Shown here: positions 12,501 to 20,764 of the stretch, piece after piece
How the letters are laid out: each line of letters opens with the position of its first letter
Numbering within the stretch: position 1 is the first letter of the stretch
Origin: Macrostomum hystrix
Taxonomy: Eukaryota > Animalia > Platyhelminthes
Assembly: GCA_950097015.1 (NCBI GenBank)
Contig: CATNEN010000008.1
Span: 1,488,001 to 1,552,000, forward strand
Direction of reading: 5' to 3'
DNA length: 64,000 bases
Position numbers and translations under genes: made by a program
Notes under the pieces: generated by a model
Told to the model about the DNA's origin: nothing
Databases searched by the model: none
The model's input: only the letters and a program-made list of their open reading frames with translations

Positions 12501-15500
12501 TTGACAATCTTTTTTTACATCAAGATTCTCCCCCTGTCACAGTTAATGAAGTGTTGATAAAGTGAATAAGTATATATACTGTTATACGCGTGTCAGAGCT
12601 CTCTGAATTGTGTAATGAATCGAGAAATTGTCATTTTTTCTGATTCTGGTGTGTCGCTTCAGCAAAGTTGCAGAGTTCCTAGTCTCTCACTGCCCACTCT
12701 ACTATGCTGCTCATGTTAGAATAGTTTTAGTCCCATCGTATATTCGCATTTAGGAAGTTGGGATTCTTTTAATTATCTCTCTGTCTCCCTCCCTCTCTCT
12801 ATCAAGATAAGGCTTTATATTAAAAATTCTCTTTGTGACTTTTAATTCATACCCTTGGGAAATCATTATCCCGATCTCTCCCGCAAGTTAATCCTATAAT
12901 TGCGGAATGGAGGATGAAATTTGACGAACCTAACAGATTTTTTCAGGGCTCGTTTTAGATTACCGCGATTCTATATTTGAAAGCCTGGGTTCTATCAATC
13001 ATTTGAGATCTATAGACATTAGGAGATCTAAGGACGATCTGAAATCTATAGATGACGATATGAAATCTATAGACGATGAACCAAAATCAAAAGATAATTA
13101 GTCTGAAATCTAGAGACGATAACAGGAAATCAATAGATAATGCCGACAAATCTATAGATGGCAATTAGAGATCAATTGATGATAATCTGAAATCAATAGA
13201 TAAACAACTGTAATCTCTAGACTGTGACCTGTAATCTATAGATTGGGATTAATAAATCTATAGATAATATGCAACAAAATGAAAACAATTAGAATTTTTG
13301 TGAGGCCTTTAATGCAATATAAAACCATTTACTACATCGAACAATTCGCAATTCAAAATTTCAGGATGAAGTCAATCAGGTTCTCACCACAAATGTTTGG
13401 CTGGAACAGGTGAGTATTAACAAATCAAGCGTTCGATTTTAAACCTGAAATGACAAGCTGCTGATTAAGATCATGAAATTGTCTGTTTTAGTGCTGATTT
13501 TTATCGCTACCAAAATATGACTTTACGCCTGCGAAACACCAGCCAAAAGTGGATGATAAATAATCTGAATTATATGTATTTTTGGATTCGGGTCATAAAT
13601 GCGAGTCGTAAGTTTTTATACTAGACCAAAATGAAACTTCGAAATAACCGAAATAAATTTTCAAATAAAAGTTTATAAACTTAAAACAAACGTAAACGTA
13701 ATATTCGGAATAAACTTTTTGCCTTATCATATTAGTTTGAACGACTAAGGAATTACTTGTATTTTTTAAGCGTTAAAAAAAAAAATTCTTTGTACATCAT
13801 ATTTCGTTTTTTTTTTTTTTTTTTTTAATTTATGTTAATGTGATTCGAAAGTTGAAAAATACATGAAACTTAAAACTTTTAAGTGAATAATTGAACCAAA
13901 AATCGTTTACATTATAGTAGTATGTATATTAAAAAGATTACTAGACAAAATATGTTTTTTGCTTGTCAAATCTGACGTCAGATTTGTTTTAATTAAAATT
14001 GCGTCCGTAAAAAAAATAAATGAAAAATGACTTTATGTATATTAGAAGAAACGGCTATATAGTTTTCTTTATGGCTTCGATTTGGAATTGAAACTGATTT
14101 CATAAATCAAGATATCAAACTGATTGCTGTGCATTTTAGGATAAAATGGGGATATCGTGTCAACCGGCATCCCGAATCAACTTTCCCACCCTGCCTCCAT
14201 GCCAATAAATGCCACCCACTGCTTTGGACTCGCTTTGGCCGCTGTTAAAGCCGATCAGGAAATTGTGTTTTTTTCTCCGCATTCGATAAAACCCGCCCTA
14301 TTTATGCAAATTTGGTTAGCGACACAAAATATCCCCTCCCTGATTGATCCCACCGCCTCCCCACCGTCCTAGGAGTGGCACGACGAACGCCTCCACTGGG
14401 ACCCGAGGCTGTACAATGGGCTGGAGATTTTGCGCATCCCCTGCCAGAAGATCTGGCTGCCGGACATTGTGCTTTATAATAGGTGAGGCCGAGTCTTTCT
14501 ACTCTTAGTAGGCCAGTAAAGCGTTTCTTTGCTATTTTTGTCAACGGAAGTCTATTATTTGACACGTCACATAGACACGGGAATGAATGGTATAAAGTAT
14601 GAGGATCCATTCTCTAAATAAAAATGCCAAGACAGTGATACATCAGTAGATATTGCTGTGTACATCTGTTCAGTCTGCGCAATTGGGGAATTCCGTGGGG
14701 AAGAGGTATTTCAAATACTCAAATTTTTTTGCAAAAGTTTCAGAAACAACCGAAGAAACAACTTCCAGAATCACAAAACATCGTCATCGTCGAGATATTC
14801 AACGATTCTCGTCCGGGGTGTCTGGTGGCAAAAGCCACAAGTATAGACATCAATTTTCTGCTCACAAAATATTATTGTTGATTGTAGTTTATTTTTAACC
14901 AAGAGGAAAACTTAGCGCTGTTGACTAAACTCATTGACAGCGCTGACGACTTCACAACCGGTTACATGCAGAGCAAGGCCATGGTTGATGCCAACGGCAC
15001 CGTGTTCTGGCCTCCACCGGCTAAGCTGCGCTCCACCTGCAAGATTGACATCACCTATTTCCCGTTCGACGATCAGGTGTGCACTATGAAATTCGGCTCC
15101 TGGACCTACGACGGCTATCAGGTTAACATCACCAAGAAGTGAGGATCTCAATCATGATTAATCCCTTTTCAATTTGCTAACTATTTGTTATTCTCTATAT
15201 GGCCAACCATCCGTTTTCCCTAAAGGATTTCCCAAGATGAGAAGTTTTCCCTAGATGAAAGGTTTTCCCTAGACGAGAAGTTTTCCCTAGACGAGAAGTT
15301 TTCCCTGGACGAGAAGTTTTCCCTAGATGAGAAGTTATCAATTGATAATTAATTATCCCTTAGTGAAAATAAATTACCCACAAGAAAAAAAATATCTCTA
15401 GATACGCTGGTAATTAGATAATTGTGCTGATATGCTAATTATGCTTATAGTGATAAATATGATTATGACTAGATATAAATGCGACTTATAGGATCGTTGA

Positions 15501-18500
15501 CTCACTTAACTTTCAGGCGCGACCAAGTTGACTTTCAGAACTATGTTCAGAGCGGCGAATGGAATCTAATTAGGATCGACGTGGAACGGCAAGAGGTTTG
15601 GCAACCTTCTAGCTTTTGAGTCTTTGTCTGTGTATAGTTGTCTGTTCGTTTATTTTTTAGATTAGATTTTTAGTTCAGGCTTTGACCATTCTCGCTATGG
15701 CTCCTGCTTCGATTCTTAAGCTCCTGCTTCGATTCTTAAGCTCCCGCTTCGATATTTAAGCTCCCGCTTCGATTCTTAAGCTCCTGCTTCGATTCTTAAG
15801 CTCCTGCTTCGATTCTTAAGCTCCCGCTTCGATATTTAAGCTCCTGCTTCGATTCTTAAGCTCCTGCTTCGATTCTTAAGCTCCTGCTTCGATTCTTAAG
15901 CTCCTGCTTCGATTCTTAAGCTCCTGCTTCGATTCTTAAGCTCCTGCTTCGATTCTTAAGCTCCTGCTTCGATTCTTAAGCTCCCGCTTCGATTTTAAGC
16001 TCCTGCTTCGATTCTTAAGCTCCTGCTTCGATTCTTAAGCTCCTGCTTCGATTCTTAAGCTCCTGCTTCGATTCTTAAGCTCCTGCTTCGATTCTTAAGC
16101 TCCCGCTTCGATATTTAAGCTCCCGCTTCGATTCTTAAGCTCCTGCTTCGATTCTTAAGCTCCTGCTTCGATTCTCGCTATGGCTCCTGCTTCGATTCTC
16201 GCTATGGCTCCTGCTTCGATTCTCGCTATGGCTCCTGCTTCGATTCTTAAGCTCCCGCTTCGATTCTTAAGCTCCTGCTTCGATTCTTAAGCTCCTGCTT
16301 CGATTCTCGCTATGGCTCCTGCTTCGATTCTCGCTATGGCTCCTGCTTCGATTCTCGCTATGGCTCCTGCTTCGATTCTCGCTATGGCTCCTGCTTCGAT
16401 TCTAGTGAAGGCTCCTGCTTCGATTCTAGTGAAGGCTCCTGCTTCGATTCTAGTGAAGTTTTCAGTTTCGTTGGTCTCAGGTTAAATTTCAGCTGCCTAG
16501 TTTGTGCACAATCAAAGAATAAATTGTTTGTCGCTAAAAAATAATTTTTAGAATTCGACAGAAACTATTCTAGACTACGTTTTGCAAACGAAAATATTAT
16601 TCAAATGACTCTTGAAATCTCACAAGGTTACCCAACTTTCTTACAAATCTGGCCAAACTGCCCATTGCATGAAGCTCAGACTGATAAGGGCCTAGCAGAG
16701 ACACACAAACGCTGCACTTAATGTCCTTTCAATGAACCCTGAAATTCAGAAATAGGTTCACAGAAAACGGGAAAGTGCGACTTGAAACTTTCCGGACTTG
16801 CCCACGCAACTCGCGCGGTAGCAGGCCATAAATAGGACTCCTGAGGCGGCCAAAGATTGTCAGAACACCAACAACTGAACAGAGTGATCGAAGACCATTG
16901 GACAACAGCTTACAAATGCGGTGTCTGCCCTTGCTCCTCCACAGCTTCATTGGCTGCTGCCTGGTCCTGTGCTCCAGCGGCACTCCTTCGCCCATGAAGT
17001 TCGCCTCATTGAGTCGACAGTCGACGTCCTACCTGAGTGCCAGCCTAAAGAGCACCGGGCGCCACTTTTTGTCCCCGCTGCCAAGCGGAGTTGTGTGCCG
17101 AACTTGCTTGATCTCGTCTCTAAGGGCTCAAAGTAAGCTGGTGCGAGGCATTGTGCCGCGCTCCCAGCTGCAGGAGGGTCTCAGGTCGCACGGACTTCCA
17201 CAGGCGGTCATTGACAGATTGCTAGCACTGACCTTTGTTCACTCGACAGTCTTTCAAACCTTCACATTCACGGTGAATACAATGGTTAATCGAGGATACT
17301 ACCAGACCTTCATCGGAGCTGGACGTCGAGTCGATGACCAGAACGTCGAGTTTGGCGTCCTTCCCACCGTATGCAGCGCCGAGCTGGTCGCCAAGACAAC
17401 GCACGTTGATCAAAGGCGCTGCAAGAGGCGCTGGTTCAAGAAGCGCTGCCACTCGTGGACTGAGCACATTCCTCGGGGACTCACGGCCGACGAGTTGCTC
17501 AAAGTGGAAGCCGCTCTGCGTCACTACGCGGGCAGGTCTGCCAGCCACTGCGAGCAAGGAATCTGGCATGACTTGAGCAGCTGTCACAGCACTGTTGAAG
17601 TTGATCTACGACGGGCTAAGCGGACAGCTGACGATCTCGCTGAAGTTCTGGACTCCAACTGACGCATCTAACTGAATATTAATTCTGCAAAACAATACAT
17701 TTCTGCCAAAGTTGTTGTGCGTGCACTTATAGCTCTAAGTTGCGTGATTTTTAACAACTCTTCTATTGATTAAAACCTGATTTACAATAACAAATAAACT
17801 ATCTGACGATCTTTATAATTTTTGAAAGTCTTGCGTGCCTCCCAGATGCCAACAGCTCCGTCTGAAACGTACATCATGAGAATCCAGCTCCACCCAGTCC
17901 ATTCTCTGTCGATGATGTACATCCACCCAGTCCATTCTCTGTCGATGATGTACATCCACCCAGTCCATTCTCTGTCGATGATGTACATCCACCCAGTCCA
18001 TTCTCTGTCGATGATGTACATCCACCCAGTCCATTCTCTGTCGATGATGTACATCCACCCAGTCCATCCTCTGTCGATAATGTACATCCACCCAGTCCAT
18101 CCTCTGTCGATGATGTACATCCACCCAGTCCATCCTCTGTCGATGATGTACATCCACCCAGTCCATCCTCTGTCGATGATGTACATCCACCCAGTCCATC
18201 CTCTGTCGATGATGTACATCCACCCAGTCCATCCTCTGTCGATGATGTACATCCACCCAGTCCATCCTCTGTCGATGATGTACATCCACCCAGTCCATCC
18301 TCTGTCGATGATGTACATCCACCCAGTCCATCCTCTGTCGATGATGTACATCCACCCAGTTCATCCTCTGTCGATGATGTACATCCACCCAGTCCATCCT
18401 CTGTCGATGATGTACATCCACCCAGTCCATTCTCTGTCAATGATGTACATCTACCCAGTACATTCCCTGTCGATTATTTACAAAGCTTTGACGAACATCC

Positions 18501-19448
18501 TACAATCCCTAATGCCATTGCAGACAATCTACCCCATCAGCCCGGTGCCCTACCCGGACATCAAGTTCCACATCGTGATCCGTCGCCGCACGCTCTACTA
18601 CCTGTTCAACATTATCTTTCCCTGCCTGTGGCTCACTGTGCTCAGCTTGCTGGGCTTCTGGCTGCCACCGGACTCCGGTGAGAAGATCACCCTGGGCATC
18701 ACTGTACTCCTAGCCTTCTCAGTGTTCATGCTGCTCATAGCTGAGAACATGCCTGCAACCAGCGAGTTTGTGCCGCTGATTGGTGAGTAAATTTTGAGTC
18801 CAACTACACCATGAGTAGCAGTCGGACAGAGTAGCAAAAAAACAATTCCTAGGCATCTACCTGACCGTGACAATGTCCACCACATCGCTGTCGATTGTCC
18901 TGACCGTCTTCGTGCTGCACCTGCACCACATCGGCCCGAACGATCGTCCGGTGCCGCCGGCCGTCAAGCGGCTGCTTTTCAGCTACCTGGCGCCTCTGCT
19001 CTGCATGTCCTCCGTGGCGCGCTACGAGCGCAAGGCCCGCCGTCGGCGTCAGCGCTTCGAGGAGACGCACCAGAGCCGGATGGCTGACGCTGCCGATCCG
19101 GACGAAGTCGTTCTTGATGATTTGAACGCCGCTGCAGCTGGCGCCAGCGAGGACTGCAACGGATCGTTCGAAAAGCCGACATTCTCGTCAGGCGCATCGC
19201 CTCCGTTGGGCGACCCGGCGGTGCCGCTATACCTTCGGCGCCTGCGCCAATACGAGCAGCTGCAGCGGCACCTGCGAATGCTGATCCGGCGCCAGGCCGA
19301 AGACGAGGCCGCCCAGATGGTTATCAGCGACTGGCGAATGCTGGCGTTCATTGTTGACCGCCTGCTGTTCTGGCTGTTCCTGCTGGCTGCCTGCGTTTCC
19401 ACCACCGTCATCTTGGTCATCATGCCGCTGTTCAAGCAGGTCGCTTAG
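9599..19448 (+). CDS. Nicotinic acetylcholine receptor subunit, alpha9/alpha10-like clade, cation-type M2, no vicinal Cys in loop C (509 aa, isoform A)
   Basis: Exons 9599-9680 (signal peptide), 11159-11319, 13365-13409, 14373-14482, 14941-15138, 15517-15595, 18524-18782, 18853-19448; all GT-AG, phases consistent, 1530 nt. Motifs: WLPDIVLYNSADD, Cys-loop CKIDITYFPFDDQVC, FGSWTYDG, PYPD, M2 DSGEKITLGITVLLAF, M4 DWRMLAFIVDRLLFW. Confidence 0.95.
10744..10959 (+). CDS. Alternative N-terminal exon of the nAChR (own signal peptide, or internal acceptor at 10822)
   Basis: MNSGCIISLLGCFVTVAMA-TNDTT..DEQRLLGALLTGYEAASRPTLNAAATVEVRFQIAMVQISQL|gtgagg is paralogous to exon 11159-11319. It ends in phase 0, matching the shared exon at 13365. 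Confidence 0.85.
11330..12166. repeat. Minisatellite, 9-bp unit CCTCTGCCT
   Basis: Starts about 10 nt after the donor at 11320. Confidence 0.97.
13005..13270. repeat. Degenerate ~21-bp repeat with AAATCTATAGA core
   Basis: Core recurs about 10 times with diverged spacers. Confidence 0.6.
14755..14880. repeat. Short interspersed repeat, copy A (nAChR intron 4)
   Basis: AACTTCCAGA..CATCGTCATCGTCGAGATATTCAACGA..GGGGTGTCTGGTGG matches 22821-22900. Confidence 0.6.
15225..15340. repeat. Short array, 20-bp unit TTTTCCCTAGACGAGAAG
   Basis: About 5 copies. Confidence 0.8.
15698..16458. repeat. Minisatellite, 20-bp unit CTCCTGCTTCGATTCTTAAG
   Basis: Tandem copies in nAChR intron 6. Confidence 0.97.
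16916..17662 (+). CDS. Intronless secreted protein precursor of unknown family (248 aa) nested in nAChR intron 6
   Basis: Non-repetitive, GC-rich 747-nt ORF with a signal-peptide-like start MRCLPLLLHSFIGCCLVLCSSG. TATA-like CATAAATA at 16827 and AATAAA at 17793. Shows no nAChR similarity. Confidence 0.8.
   Translation: MRCLPLLLHSFIGCCLVLCSSGTPSPMKFASLSRQSTSYLSASLKSTGRHFLSPLPSGVVCRTCLISSLRAQSKLVRGIVPRSQLQEGLRSHGLPQAVIDRLLALTFVHSTVFQTFTFTVNTMVNRGYYQTFIGAGRRVDDQNVEFGVLPTVCSAELVAKTTHVDQRRCKRRWFKKRCHSWTEHIPRGLTADELLKVEAALRHYAGRSASHCEQGIWHDLSSCHSTVEVDLRRAKRTADDLAEVLDSN
17885..18470. repeat. Minisatellite, 33-bp unit GTCGATGATGTACATCCACCCAGTCCATYCTCT
   Basis: About 17 copies in nAChR intron 6. Confidence 0.97.
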
Positions 19449-19549
19449 CAATGCGGCTACTAAAAGCAGAGACACTGAGACAGTCTCCATGTTTGCAATC
19501 TTGCAGCTCCTTCAGCTGGCATTGCTGAATCATGTCCAACGTCTCACTT

Positions 19550-19836
19550 AGTGGCAGAGAGGTCTAGCCCGTTTGCCACTCGCGCCAAGGTCCCTGAGCC
19601 CGACTCCGCGGCGAGGCTACATTTATTTGTGGCACAGTCGTGGAGAGAAGGCTTAGGGACTTGTCGTGCAATTTACAGGGCCAACCTCCACACCTGTGTG
19701 AGCGTGTGCCTGTGTACGGTTTCTGTGTGTGCTCAGGAGTCAGCGGAATGGGGAGCATTGCCTTCTCGCAGGCTGCGAGTCCACTGTTGATGCGCCAGTG
19801 CAAATACATGTACGAGATATCACGTATTTTATAAAT
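19550..19836 (+). mobile_element. tRNA-derived SINE, copy 1, with 9-bp target-site duplication
   Basis: Head AGTGGCAGAG..AGGTCCCTGAGCCCGACTCCGCGGCGAGG (degenerate A/B boxes). Flanked by GTCTCACTT at 19541-19549 and 19837-19845. Aligns by eye to the two copies near 63 kb. Confidence 0.75.
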
Positions 19837-20189
19837 GTCTCACTTGTTAATCTCCGCGCGTGTCTATAGTCCGTTTCAGTTCTTTTGTATCAATCATATT
19901 AGTTTTTTCCTTTGTCTTGGCAACCAACTGCATCACAATGGAGGCTTTATTTGGTGAAGTTCATTCATTCAGACATCAACAGCCTTCCTAATTCAAATTC
20001 AGTACAGTACTCGTAATTTGTTTTAACAAAATTTCACAATCAATTAAGATGAATTTCTGTCGTGAATTTTCTATTAAACTCTTTTTCGCTCGATCAGTTC
20101 ATTAAAAGCATGAAATTACAGGCCATCAGTGATCATAGACTTTAGATACTACTGCTTTGCTTTTGTGGAAACGACGCAACGGTGATCTT

Positions 20190-20346
20190 GATTGAGATGT
20201 TCAATGTGAAGTTTCATGTGATGGTCAATGTGATGTTCAATGTGAAGTTTCATGTGATGGTCAATGTGATGTTCAATGTAATGTTCAATGTGATGTTCAA
20301 TGTGATGATCATTATGATGTTCATTGTGATGTTCATTGTGATGTTC
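20190..20346. repeat. Minisatellite, 12-bp unit AATGTGATGTTC (short copy)
   Basis: Same unit as 25762-26758. Confidence 0.9.
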
Positions 20347-20764
20347 AGGAGTAAGCTGAAAGTTTCCTTAATTAAAAAAATTGTATGGCAGAAAATATTC
20401 TTGACTAAAAACATAAGCAATTTTTCTTTTTAGTCATATTTCTTAACAGCAAAGTCCCGTGCTTTCGGCAAGCAATGCTCACTAAAACGCAGTAAAATGG
20501 GAAATGTGGCTCTTCAACACGTTAAAAGTTAATGCTTCACTTTATTAACTGTTAGCAGTTTAAACAGTCCTTTGAGAAATATAATGTTATAAGTAGGAAC
20601 ATTTGATTCCTAGAAAGTATCGGTTAAGCAAAATTTTTGTTCAATGCTGACGAAACCACACTGAAATGAGCAGATGAGAATATAGCAGTACAATACAAGT
20701 GTCATGGTTGTAAGAACTTTTATGTCCAGTTGAAATACTGGCAATACTTGTGTCGTCAAGTTTA

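Noticed and set aside
16909-17136. Acceptor before the nested gene could act as an alternative nAChR terminal exon giving a soluble AChBP-like product
   Set aside because: The phase-0 reading gives a featureless tail with no loop C; nothing in the sequence supports it. The AG more plausibly serves the nested gene.
19680-19760. HDV-like ribozyme suggested by CAGCGGAATGGGG in the SINE tail
   Set aside because: Could not build P1/P3/P1.1, and the candidate catalytic C is T in copy 3.
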